A DNA stretch of 64,000 nt from an uncultured delta proteobacterium (GCA_963812015.1 CAWETI010000002.1:96001-160000); one strand, 5' to 3'. Counted from the first letter of the stretch, positions 19,249 through 29,052 are shown. Notes: generated by a model from the sequence alone, not told the origin. Numbers and translations: made by a program.

Positions 19249-20850
19249 ATGACACCGGCGACAAGTAAAATTGACAAAGTCATAGTTACTAATTTTTCGG
19301 CGCTTAATGCAAAGTACGGTAACCAGGGGGGGCAAAAGATTCAGACTGCGGTACAAGATTTAATTGCCGCAGACCAAAGCCGCGGCCTGGTTACCGGCTT
19401 TTATCGCCTGGATGACCTGGCTACTATGCAGCAGTTTAAGGTGGCGCCCGTTACCATCCCAACCAATCCGAAGCAAAACAAAGAGGCGGTCGATGCCGTT
19501 TACCGGGCCCTCGCTCCGGATTATATTCTCATGTTAGGCAGCATAGACATCATTCCGCATCAGGACCTGAAAAACCCTATCTTTTCGTCAGGGAATGATG
19601 CGGACGAATTTGCCTTCGGTGACCTCCCCTATGCCTGTGAATCCCCTTACATTCAAAATCCTGAAGATTTTTTTGGGCCGACCCGGGTTGTCGGCCGGGT
19701 GCCGGATATTACCGGAGCCAATGATCCCCAGTACCTGATAGATTTATTGAAAATCGCCGCGACCTATACGGAGAACGATGCTGAGCAGTATCGCCCGTAT
19801 TTCGGGATCTCGGCGGAAATCTGGGAACAATCAACCAGGTCAAGTACTTCTAACATCTTCGGGAATTCCCAAGGCCTCAAGACGGTTCCACCGCAAGGTC
19901 CAAATTGGCCTCCCGCCCTGTTGATTCAGCTGGCTCACTTCATCAACTGTCATGGCGCTCCGGCCGACTCCCATTTTTATGGACAGCCGGCCACCGGTGC
20001 CCAAAAATATCCCATCGCCCTCGATGCCACCAACCTGGAACAAAATATTTCTGAAGGGGCGGTGGTTGCCGCCGAATGTTGTTATGGCGCCCAGCTCTTC
20101 GATCCGGCCCTGAACGGCGGACAAAGCGGGATATGCAACACCTACCTTGGCAACAAGGCCTACGGGTTTTTTGGCAGCACCACCATTGCTTATGGACCTG
20201 CTGATGCCAATGACCAGGCTGATCTGATCTGCCAATACTTCCTGCAAGGCGTCTTGCAGGGGGCCTCGTTGGGAAGAGCGGCCCTTGCGGCTCGGCAAAA
20301 ATTCATCCATACTGCCAGCATGTATGACCCCTCCAATGTTAAGACTATCGCGCAATTCAATCTCTATGCCGACCCATCTATAACCCCGATCAGACCGCCG
20401 CTGGCGCCGACAAAGGCCTTGGCCCGGTTCGCCCCCATGAACCTGCGCCTGGAGAGGGTGGAGCGCCGTCGGGACTTTTTCAGCCGCGGCCTTGCCTTAG
20501 CCCAGAGCCAGCCAAGCCTTAGCAAAGATGTAAGTAAGAAAGAAGACGTGGTATTGGCTGCTTTGCATAAAGTTGCAGGTGACTACGGTCTTCGCACGAA
20601 AGAAATATTGACGTTCAACGTGAAAGAGCCGCCTATATCGAAATCTATGCCCCTTGGACTTGTGGCAAGGGAAACACTTCCCAGTCGCATACACATAATC
20701 TTCGGAACCACCGAGGACATGGCTAGGGAAAATACCATGAAGATGGTATCCGGGGAAACAAAGCTTCCTAATGTAGTGGGAATCGTTGCCCTGATTATCA
20801 AGGAAATAAACGGGACTATAGCTTCCGTCAAAAAAATCTTCAGCAGATAG
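19249..20850 (+). CDS. C25 (gingipain-like, caspase/hemoglobinase fold) cysteine peptidase
   Basis: ILMLG..IIP, GDLPYA, VGRVP, FINCHG (catalytic His-Gly), AECCYG (catalytic Cys) and NLYADP. Confidence 0.75.
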   Translation: MTPATSKIDKVIVTNFSALNAKYGNQGGQKIQTAVQDLIAADQSRGLVTGFYRLDDLATMQQFKVAPVTIPTNPKQNKEAVDAVYRALAPDYILMLGSIDIIPHQDLKNPIFSSGNDADEFAFGDLPYACESPYIQNPEDFFGPTRVVGRVPDITGANDPQYLIDLLKIAATYTENDAEQYRPYFGISAEIWEQSTRSSTSNIFGNSQGLKTVPPQGPNWPPALLIQLAHFINCHGAPADSHFYGQPATGAQKYPIALDATNLEQNISEGAVVAAECCYGAQLFDPALNGGQSGICNTYLGNKAYGFFGSTTIAYGPADANDQADLICQYFLQGVLQGASLGRAALAARQKFIHTASMYDPSNVKTIAQFNLYADPSITPIRPPLAPTKALARFAPMNLRLERVERRRDFFSRGLALAQSQPSLSKDVSKKEDVVLAALHKVAGDYGLRTKEILTFNVKEPPISKSMPLGLVARETLPSRIHIIFGTTEDMARENTMKMVSGETKLPNVVGIVALIIKEINGTIASVKKIFSR

Positions 20851-20858
20851 TAGGCGAT

Positions 20859-21101
20859 ATGGCCGAGTTTATCGGTAAAGTGATCAAGAAACCGTTTGGT
20901 ATTGGTTCCAAGAGCGAGCACGAAGCAGTCTTTCTGGAAACCGAAAATAACCAATATGTCCTGCGCCGCCAGGGGGGTAACCCTTTTTATGATGAGGCCA
21001 TGCAAGAAATCGTTGGCAAGACCATTCGTTGCACCGGTGTGGTCGTCGATTATGCTCTCTTGATTTCAGATTGGGCGGTACTTGAGGAGGGGGAAAAATA
21101 A
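20859..21101 (+). CDS. small hypothetical protein (80 aa, likely beta-barrel/OB-like)
   Basis: Starts 8 bp after the C25 gene. Alternating beta-strand pattern ending GKTIRCTGVV. Confidence 0.7.
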   Translation: MAEFIGKVIKKPFGIGSKSEHEAVFLETENNQYVLRRQGGNPFYDEAMQEIVGKTIRCTGVVVDYALLISDWAVLEEGEK

Positions 21102-21299
21102 CGGACAACAGGTTGAGCTTATATCGGAATCCCGCCTGGCACTAAGGCCTTTAAGGTCGTGCTGCGGAAATCATCCTTTGCCGGGTCCGATGGCTGGCCG
21201 CCAGGACTGGCCCAGGGAGGTAAAGGTAGGAATCACGGCGACAGATAAGATTGATGCATTCAAAATTATTGAAATTTAGACAAAGGAGGATAGCTGATT

Positions 21300-22466
21300 A
21301 TGAACTTATTTTATATTGCCATGGCAGTTTGGTTGTCGATGATTCTATCTGGATGTGCCACGCCGGTCGTTACATCAATAACACCAATAAGCTTTTATGA
21401 AAAGCCGGTTGAAAATAAAACCCCCCCCTATATGATTGTCGATGGTGTGCCTTATTTCTTACCAAAATCAGTGATAAATGTTGATATTACCTGGAATAAA
21501 GATCAGTATAATTGGACTGTTACCGTAGCGTCCGTGATTCAACCTGACGAAAAGTCCAAATACTTACTCAAAAGAATCTCCAACGCCTGGTTTGATGATG
21601 ATATTACTTTTGCGGTTGATCAAAACGGCCTTCTGCAAACTATGAATATCTCAACGGCGGACAAGACGGTTTCGTCAATTACCGATCTCGCTACGGCTGT
21701 TGGCAATATTTTTGCCTTTGGCGCTGGCTTAATGCCAATGGGTCCGGTTGCGATGATGAAAGGGAAAGCGGAGGAGCCCCCGTTCAAGGATATACTTTGT
21801 TCCTTTCATGGTGAATATGATCCCTTCAAACCGATTGAAAAAACGATACCAACTTTAACTAGTCCCGTGTTCCAATTATATGAAAAGCCCGTTCAAAAGT
21901 GGGAACAGGTCAGCGCGACTTTCGATATAAAGATCGAGCCTCTTGGCGATCTTCCTTTAACCGCCATTCCGGACCAGAATGAAATTGAAAAAATCCGTAA
22001 GATGGTCCCCTCTGCTGATGAAAGTGAATATGAAGAGATGCGTAAGGTTGCCAAGGATTCAAGCCAAGCTATTCATGGGATTGTCGTAAGGACTCCGGTT
22101 CCATGTAAAATAAGCATCACTAAGCACGAGCATGTTATTACATACACTGATAAAAAAGACCTGGATAGAAGTGAAACACACACTTGTACTCTAATGCTTC
22201 CGGATGTAAGGCGGGATTATATTTTGCCGATGAACCGCCGATATCTCGTTACGGATCAGACGAAAATCGCCTTAAAGGATGGCATGATCCAAAGTATACA
22301 GCAAGTCAGACCAAGCATGGTAGCCGGGGTTGTAGGTATTCCAAAAACAATTCTATGTGCGTTGGTTCCAATACCATTGCAAATCAGAAATACCCAATCT
22401 CAAAGCCTGCAAGCCATAGATACTTCTATTAAGACTAAGGCTGACATCAAGTTACAATCACAATAG
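21300..22466 (+). CDS. hypothetical lipoprotein
   Basis: Lipobox LSGC, AAGGAGG RBS, GVPYFLPKS motif. Visibly AT-richer than the host genes. Confidence 0.7.
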   Translation: MNLFYIAMAVWLSMILSGCATPVVTSITPISFYEKPVENKTPPYMIVDGVPYFLPKSVINVDITWNKDQYNWTVTVASVIQPDEKSKYLLKRISNAWFDDDITFAVDQNGLLQTMNISTADKTVSSITDLATAVGNIFAFGAGLMPMGPVAMMKGKAEEPPFKDILCSFHGEYDPFKPIEKTIPTLTSPVFQLYEKPVQKWEQVSATFDIKIEPLGDLPLTAIPDQNEIEKIRKMVPSADESEYEEMRKVAKDSSQAIHGIVVRTPVPCKISITKHEHVITYTDKKDLDRSETHTCTLMLPDVRRDYILPMNRRYLVTDQTKIALKDGMIQSIQQVRPSMVAGVVGIPKTILCALVPIPLQIRNTQSQSLQAIDTSIKTKADIKLQSQ

Positions 22467-23178
22467 CCATCTAACAGTCGAAGCAGTCTCTGGCTAGATG
22501 GTCGCCCGGTTGGAAGGCGCTGACGCCACGATGCTGCAAGAAAACTTGGTAAATTATAGCCTGGTCTTGGATGCAACAATAGACTGGTGTGGGACTTATA
22601 GTTCCAGATGGAGGACACCCCCGCTTGGTGATCATTGAAGTTGCCATTATCGATGTCTCCAGCGGAGTGAATTCGATTGACATCTAACCCTCTATTGTGA
22701 AGAAGTGATATCTTTGGGGCGTGTTCTCCTATGGCCAGTGTCGGGTCGATAGTTCTGCTATTTATGCGCTCATCAAGTGGGTCTGGAAGTGTTTCACTAT
22801 CCAGATCATACCCGCAACTTTTCCGGGTTTGGGGATAATTGCTGGGTTTAGCAAATAACTTGGAATTTCTCTATCTAGAAATCTGAACTGGTCAAAGGCC
22901 TCCTTTTCCTTTGGCTTCCCCTTATCGGGCGATGCTGTCATGGGTTCCTTAACCTCCGCAGCAGTGAAGCGTTCGGGTATTGAGGGTTAAGTATGTCCAA
23001 AACTCAGGGAAAAGGTGCTTTTCCCTGAAAATTTGTGCTAACATGCCGGTGACGAGGGGATTCGGCTTCAAGAACAGAAACTTTGGGTGATTTTCCCCCG
23101 GCACCGAGGTCCCCAAAAGCATGCTTGGACTAGGATGGCCAAGCTTGCCGGATAATTGCGGCATTATAGGGAATAAAC

Positions 23179-24645
23179 TTGAATCCTGCCCCAAACCGTG
23201 ATGCCACTGAAGAGCCCCTGTTGAACATCGTTTTGGCGACCTCACCGATTGATATCGCCTGGAATTCCGGATCATTCCCGCCCTTGGGACTCTTGTATCT
23301 AGCTGCAAATATAAAGAATCTGCCCGGTGTCCGGGTAAAGATCGTGGACGCGTTTTGCGAAGGGCTGAACGTGGACCAGACCGCGGAAAGGATTCTGGCC
23401 CTCTCCCCCGATGTGGTGGGAGTTTCGGTGATGAGCACGAAACTCGAAAACCTTCCCAGGCTACTGGGGAGGATCAAAGCAGCCCGACACGATACCCTGA
23501 CTTTGGCCGGTGGCCTTCACGCCACCCTCTTTGACCGTCTCCTCCTCAAAGAGATACCCGAACTCGATCTAGTCCTGAGGGGAGAAGCGGAAGAAAGTTT
23601 CTTGGAGCTGGGCAAACGCCTCCTGGCGGGGAAGGAAACTGCCGGTCTACCGGGACTGTCTTATCGGGCCCAGGGAAAAGTAATCCGGGGGGAACCCCAG
23701 CAAATTGAGGATCTGGACTCCCTGCCTTTCCCAGACCGGAGCCTCCTGGATTACCCCGGTTATGGGAAGCAATGGTATGGCTTCGAGCTTCCCCTCTTGC
23801 CCCGTTTCACCACCGCGTTCTCCTCCAGAGGCTGCCTGTTTAACTGCACCTTCTGCGCCGGCACCAAACTGAGTGGCAATCGGCTCAGAATCAGAAGTGC
23901 CGAGAACGTCTTGCAAGAACTGCTAGTGCTGTCCCAGGAAGGATACGAGTTTGTCATCTTCTTTGACGATAATTTCACCGGCAACGTGGATCGCCTCGAC
24001 AAGCTCTGTCACTTGATCATAGAACATATCCCCAACATGCGCTTGGCCTGCGCCGGGACCTTGCACCATGTACCGGACGCCACGTTAGATCTTATGCACC
24101 GGGCTGGCTTTGACCTGGTTTTTTTGGGAGTAGAGAGTGGCAGCGATGAACAGCTCAGACGCTACCGGAAACCCACCACGCGCAAACAGCTGGCAACCGA
24201 CATTATCCGGACCAAAAAAGCCCATATCGCCACCATCGCCAGCTTCATCACCGGCGGCCTGGGAGAGACGGATCAAGATCACGAGGCTACCAGGACACTC
24301 GTCTGGGAAGTAATGCCGATTATTGCGGAAATCAACCCGCTGATGGTCCATCCCGGTAGTTGCCTCTGGGATGAAATCCATGGCTCCCAAGAGCCTAAAA
24401 CCTTGAAGGAATCCGAGAGCCTCTTGGTTTCGAATTTTCCGGGGCAAATGGATAAGGCGACTTTAAAGTTCCGAGAGCGCGATTTCCGGAGGACCTTCCT
24501 CAAAAGCTGGCTGCATTGGCGGCGAATTTTTGACTTCCTGGATCTACTCAGACATAATCGCTTAATAGGAGGGATCATCAAGGATGTTTTCCGAACTCCT
24601 CAGACCCTCTTCATGTACTTGCTAAGGCAAAACTACCGTGAGTAA
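23179..24645 (+). CDS. cobalamin-binding radical SAM enzyme
   Basis: PPLGLLYLAA, GGLHAT, RGEAE (B12 domain), SSRGCLFNCTFC, FDDNF and GVESG. Confidence 0.9.
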   Translation: MNPAPNRDATEEPLLNIVLATSPIDIAWNSGSFPPLGLLYLAANIKNLPGVRVKIVDAFCEGLNVDQTAERILALSPDVVGVSVMSTKLENLPRLLGRIKAARHDTLTLAGGLHATLFDRLLLKEIPELDLVLRGEAEESFLELGKRLLAGKETAGLPGLSYRAQGKVIRGEPQQIEDLDSLPFPDRSLLDYPGYGKQWYGFELPLLPRFTTAFSSRGCLFNCTFCAGTKLSGNRLRIRSAENVLQELLVLSQEGYEFVIFFDDNFTGNVDRLDKLCHLIIEHIPNMRLACAGTLHHVPDATLDLMHRAGFDLVFLGVESGSDEQLRRYRKPTTRKQLATDIIRTKKAHIATIASFITGGLGETDQDHEATRTLVWEVMPIIAEINPLMVHPGSCLWDEIHGSQEPKTLKESESLLVSNFPGQMDKATLKFRERDFRRTFLKSWLHWRRIFDFLDLLRHNRLIGGIIKDVFRTPQTLFMYLLRQNYRE

Positions 24646-24841
24646 TATCCTTTAGATTTCTCGTCTGACTTCACCTGAGGCGAAGGTAAATCAGAGGCGC
24701 CCGACTGCTAGATAGTCTCAGCGGTGATCTCCTGGCCAGCCTCGGGGTAGCCCCGGATTATCCGACCATCGCCGCGGTTTGGAGATTTTTCAGGAAGCCG
24801 ATCAAGATGGCAAGCCTGTAACTGACCCGGAGAACCATATT

Positions 24842-26263
24842 ATGCGCATTCTCTTACTGGCCATGCCCGATACGGTTGATTTTATTGATGCCACCGCCCG
24901 CATCCCCAACCTGGGCCTGGTTTCCCTGGCCGGCAATCTGCCGGACCATGAAGTTAAGGTAATGGATTTGGTGCTCTATAAGCCAAACATCCGCAAGGCG
25001 GTGGAAGCGAGCCTGGCCACATTTCGGCCCCAGTTGGTGGGATTGAGCGCCATGACCTTTCAGTATGATACCCTACTGAGGGTGGCCAGAGTGGTGCGCC
25101 GGTTCGACCCCGATATCAAGCTGGTGGCCGGCGGTTATCATCCGAGTCTGATGGCTCGGGAACTAGCCGAGGAAGATCTGCTGCTTCTCGACTTCATCGT
25201 GCGGGGGGAAGGGGAGGCCACGTTGGGCGAACTGGTTGCCGAGCTGGAGCGGGCCCAACCTGATTTTTCCGGGGTTGCCGGATTAAGTTACCGCCAGGGG
25301 GCACACTGGGAGCATAATGCCGATCGCCCCCTCCTGGACTTGGACCAGGTTCTCCTCCCCCGGCGCGAGTCCCGTTTGGACGAGGGCTTTTTCTTTTTGG
25401 ACATGCCCATGGAGGTGGCCGAAACCTCGAGGGGCTGCCCGTTCAATTGCAAGTTTTGCTCGATCAACCGAATCTACGGCAACACCTATCGCCGTTTTCC
25501 CCTGGCCCGGATCATTGCGGACCTCAAGGCGATTCGACGCCGGGGCGCCAAATCGGTGTTTTTCGTCGATGATAACATCACTTATGATATCGACCATTTC
25601 CGGCAGGTGTGTCAGGCCATTGTCCAGCATGGGTTAAATGACCTATGTTATCTGACCCAGGTGACGGCGGCGGGTATCGCCAAAAATCCGGCCTTGGTGG
25701 CTGACATGGACCGGGCCAATTTCCGCCTCATATTTGTGGGATTTGAATCCATGGAGCCGGCCGCCTTGCAGAAAATGCGCAAGCCCACCAGTCCGGCCAT
25801 TAACCAGCAAGCCGCGGCCCTACTCAGGCAACATCGGATGGCGATAATTGCCGGGGGAATTATAGGCTATCCGGACGATACCCAAGAATCAGTGAAACGA
25901 CAATTTCGGCAGATTTGGGGACTGAAACCCGATGTTCTCTATATGCAAATCTTGACGCCCTATCCCCAGACGGCGCTCCGTCAGGAATTGCTGGAAGCCG
26001 GCCTTATCGTCAATTTGGATGATTACCGGTCCTATAACGGCTTCGTCAGCAATATCCGCACCAAGCACTTGAGTCGCAAAGAGCTGAATAAATTAAAAGG
26101 TAACCTGGCTTTCTGGGGGGCGGTCAATCCGGGTTTTTTGGCCCGTAATTACTTTCTCAGAAACCACTTCCTTTATTATCTCAAAACTATAGTCAATCAT
26201 GTCGCCCTTTATTTCTACTATCGTCTGATTTCCAAAGAAGATCCACGCCAATTGAATATCTAG
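24842..26263 (+). CDS. cobalamin-binding radical SAM enzyme
   Basis: PNLGLVSLA, GGYHPS, RGEGE, TSRGCPFNCKFC, VDDNI, GFES and LTPYP. Confidence 0.9.
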   Translation: MRILLLAMPDTVDFIDATARIPNLGLVSLAGNLPDHEVKVMDLVLYKPNIRKAVEASLATFRPQLVGLSAMTFQYDTLLRVARVVRRFDPDIKLVAGGYHPSLMARELAEEDLLLLDFIVRGEGEATLGELVAELERAQPDFSGVAGLSYRQGAHWEHNADRPLLDLDQVLLPRRESRLDEGFFFLDMPMEVAETSRGCPFNCKFCSINRIYGNTYRRFPLARIIADLKAIRRRGAKSVFFVDDNITYDIDHFRQVCQAIVQHGLNDLCYLTQVTAAGIAKNPALVADMDRANFRLIFVGFESMEPAALQKMRKPTSPAINQQAAALLRQHRMAIIAGGIIGYPDDTQESVKRQFRQIWGLKPDVLYMQILTPYPQTALRQELLEAGLIVNLDDYRSYNGFVSNIRTKHLSRKELNKLKGNLAFWGAVNPGFLARNYFLRNHFLYYLKTIVNHVALYFYYRLISKEDPRQLNI

Positions 26264-27030
26264 TTATTTTAGGTGGGAAATGATTTCTGTCCGGTTAAGC
26301 GGTCTAGAGCGATACCTGCCCGGGATCATTAATATTAAATATATTGGGGTGGTCCAAAATCTCCTGTAACGTATACCCTCGGAATAGGCTAAGTTGTTGT
26401 ATTCGAAATAAATTCTGGAGACTAATATCGAAACCGAAAGGAACTTGCTGTAACAAAGCAAAAGAAAAGCAATGCGAGATAGATAGATTTGAGTCATTAC
26501 GGCATTCTCAGAATTGCCGAGGAATGCTTTGATCTTGAGGTTCTGCTTAATCCAACGAAAGAAGATTTAGATTTGTCAACGTTTTTTGAACAGACCACCC
26601 ACTTGGGTCGGAAATTTTTGGTTGGGCGTCGACCTATAAATCCCGTGCAGCACCCCTCGGTTATGGTGCGCCAGAGGATAAGCCGAGGCCACACGCATAT
26701 ACCACCAATAGAAGATTTCTGCTATATATCACCACTCTGTTAACCCAGAGAAAAGTTTTTGATAGCAAGACCATAGCTGCATCTCAAATCCTGCCGGCAG
26801 GTAAATTTTAGCCCGCCTTGTCAGCTCGAATCTGATTTTGATTTGATGCTAGTCAACTAACGTTCTAATTATTGCTTCTAAGGATATACACCTCTTCCCC
26901 CTTTCCACCCGTCTTTTCCGTGCCATCTTTCCCGCCCGTTCTGGCCTCCCGGCCGCCTGCCCTGCTACCCTCCGGTGAGTGGCACAAGCGTCTCGCCGGT
27001 GCGAAACCATCACCCTTGAGGAGTAATACT

Positions 27031-27420
27031 ATGGCGAAACATTACGGCCCCGCCCATCAGTCTGCCCGCTGTACCGTCTGTAATCACCCCTCCCGCCCTG
27101 AGATCGACCGCGCCCTGATCGATGGCGTGCCCCTTCGCACCCTGGCCGCCACCCATGGCCTCAGTGCCTCGGCCCTCTGTCGCCATACCCGGCATCTCCG
27201 CCATCAACTGGTGATCCAGCAGCGCCAGGCCGATCAGTCCCAGGCCTCCGCCTTCCTGGAAAAATTGGCGCTCCTGGAGGTCCGCCTGGACCGCCTCTTC
27301 CGCAAGGCCGAAGAGTCCCATTCCCTCCACGTCTCCCTGGGGTGTCTGCAGGAATCCATCCGCGTCCTCTCTCTCCGGGAGAAAGTCCGCCACTCCCTGG
27401 GTGGACCGGCTGCATGGTAA
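27031..27420 (+). CDS. small CxxCxH + helix-turn-helix protein with helical tail
   Basis: CTVCNHP...IDRALIDG-PLRTLAATHGLSASALCRH. GAGGAG RBS before ATG 27031. Confidence 0.65.
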   Translation: MAKHYGPAHQSARCTVCNHPSRPEIDRALIDGVPLRTLAATHGLSASALCRHTRHLRHQLVIQQRQADQSQASAFLEKLALLEVRLDRLFRKAEESHSLHVSLGCLQESIRVLSLREKVRHSLGGPAAW

Positions 27421-27427
27421 AATGCCG

Positions 27428-27553
27428 CGTCCCAAATTTTCCTTTAAAAAGTATTTAACACTTTTCGTAGGGGCGGACCCATGTGTCCGCCCTGATAGAG
27501 GGCGCCCACGCGGGTGCGCCCCTACAAAACTATGTCAAGGTACATCCGGGATA
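27428..27553. repeat. MITE-like element A, copy 2, containing an inverted GTAG REP doublet
   Basis: cgtccca...ttttcgtaggggcggacccatgtgtccgccc...gggcgcccacgcgggtgcgcccctac...tccgggat. Confidence 0.55.
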
Positions 27554-27828
27554 GAAGCCCAGCCGTTAGCGGACCAGCCGGCTTTCTCTCTGTTCCGCTG
27601 CATGGCTGGTTCCTTGGCGATTTTAAGCGTAAATCAAGGGGGTTGCGCCATAAACGCCACCGGTTTTAAGCGGCGCCCCATCGCCACAAGTCTCGCGGCC
27701 CACCGGTACAACGGCCTCTTTCATTTGACAGAACCGCGCCGGGGTGACATATTTTTCTTAAACGGCGTCATTAAAATGTGGGGGAGGCGCCCTCGCCTGC
27801 CCTTGAATAACGCCACCAAGGAGGTCCA

Positions 27829-28545
27829 ATGCCCCGGATTATCCTCTCGTCCTTAATGGTTGCCTTGGCAATCGCCGGCCTGTCCCTGCCCCCGGCCCGG
27901 GGCGCGGAAACCCCGTCTCCCCCCAGCATCAGTGTGGAGGCGGAGGGCAAGGTGATGGCCACCCCGGACCTGGCCAGGTTGACCCTGGAGGTGGAGACCC
28001 AGGCGGCCACTGCCGCCGCCGCAGCCCAGGACAACGCCCAACAGGCCGACCGGGTGCTGAAAGCCGTGAAGCACGTGCTGGGTCCCGAAGACAAGCTGCG
28101 GACCATAGGCTATCGCCTAATGCCGGTGTACGCCGCCAAAGACAAAACCTCCCCTCCGGAAATCAAGGCCTACCGGGCCGTCAATCAGCTCGAGGTTAAG
28201 GTCCTGGATGTGGCCCGGCTGGGTCCGGTGATGGACACCGCCTTGAAAAACGGCGCCTCCCAAGTCAGAGGACCGTTTTGGGGCCACGCTCACCAGGAAG
28301 AACTGCAGCAGCAGGCGGCGGTGAATGCCCTGGAACGGGCCCGGCGCTTGGCGGAAGCCCTGGCCCAGGCGGCGGGGCTCAAAATCAAAGGCGTGGACAA
28401 GATCTTCACCGGGATTCGCTTTCTGCCTCCCCGGGGTGCGGGGGAAACGTATCTGAAAGCGGCAAGTCCTACGCCCACCCCCATCGAAGTGGGGGAGGAA
28501 GAGATCAGGGCCCATATCCAGGCGGTATTCCTGGTAAGCCCCTGA
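27829..28545 (+). CDS. SIMPL (DUF541) periplasmic protein
   Basis: Signal peptide, ISVEAEGKV.ATPD, AV..A..RA..LA.AAG and PIEVGE. Confidence 0.85.
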   Translation: MPRIILSSLMVALAIAGLSLPPARGAETPSPPSISVEAEGKVMATPDLARLTLEVETQAATAAAAAQDNAQQADRVLKAVKHVLGPEDKLRTIGYRLMPVYAAKDKTSPPEIKAYRAVNQLEVKVLDVARLGPVMDTALKNGASQVRGPFWGHAHQEELQQQAAVNALERARRLAEALAQAAGLKIKGVDKIFTGIRFLPPRGAGETYLKAASPTPTPIEVGEEEIRAHIQAVFLVSP

Positions 28546-28626
28546 CGTGCGACTTTTCCCCGGCCTTGCTTTACAAGGGTTGAATCAGCGGTTATCATTA
28601 AAATAATTAACCTTTGGAGGACATCC

Positions 28627-28854
28627 GTGAACGACATCAAGAAATCGGTGGAACAAGCCCTGGAAAAAATCCGTCCCCTGTTGCAGCGGGATGGGGGCGA
28701 TATTGAACTCGTGGAAGTGAACGACGGCGTGGTGAAAGTCCGCCTCACCGGTGCGTGCAAAGGCTGCCCCATGTCTCAGATGACTCTGAAACAGGGGGTG
28801 GAAAAGCTGCTCCTGAAAGAAGTGCCGGGCCTGAAGGAGGTCCAGGCCGTTTAG
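28627..28854 (+). CDS. NifU/NfuA C-terminal domain Fe-S carrier
   Basis: IRPLLQRDGGDIELV...LTGACKGCPMS. Confidence 0.9.
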   Translation: MNDIKKSVEQALEKIRPLLQRDGGDIELVEVNDGVVKVRLTGACKGCPMSQMTLKQGVEKLLLKEVPGLKEVQAV

Positions 28855-28917
28855 CTCATGGGGGCCGGGGGCTGGCCCGGAAGTCCCGCCCTGCTGCCCG
28901 GCCCGGCTCAAATATGC

Positions 28918-28945
28918 TTGACATCAGGTCGTAACCCGCCATAAT
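28918..28945 (+). promoter_or_regulatory. sigma70-type promoter of tRNA-Ala
   Basis: TTGACA-16 bp-CATAAT, 10 bp upstream of the tRNA. Confidence 0.6.
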
Positions 28946-28955
28946 TAAACCACGT

Positions 28956-29031
28956 GGGGATGTAGCTCAGCTGGAAGAGCGCCTGCTTCGCATGTAGGAG
29001 GTCAGGGGTTCGAGTCCCCTCATCTCCACCA
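28956..29031 (+). tRNA. tRNA-Ala (anticodon CGC)
   Basis: 76-nt cloverleaf GGGGATG...CATCTCC ACCA with G3:U70, D-arm TAGCTCAGCTGG, anticodon loop TTCGCAT and T-loop TTCGAGT. Confidence 0.97.
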
Positions 29032-29052
29032 CGAATTAGGAAGGATTACAAG

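Noticed and set aside
18206..22466. Possible bacterial gasdermin next to the caspase-fold protease
   Set aside because: The candidates have signal peptides, TM helices or a lipobox, unlike cytoplasmic gasdermins. No recognisable similarity.
22690..23170. RiPP precursor peptide for the radical SAM pair
   Set aside because: Only short ORFs without RBS or leader/core character.
29010..29031. tRNA-Ala 3' end as attachment site of an intact island
   Set aside because: No duplicated 3' end and no integrase found in the window.
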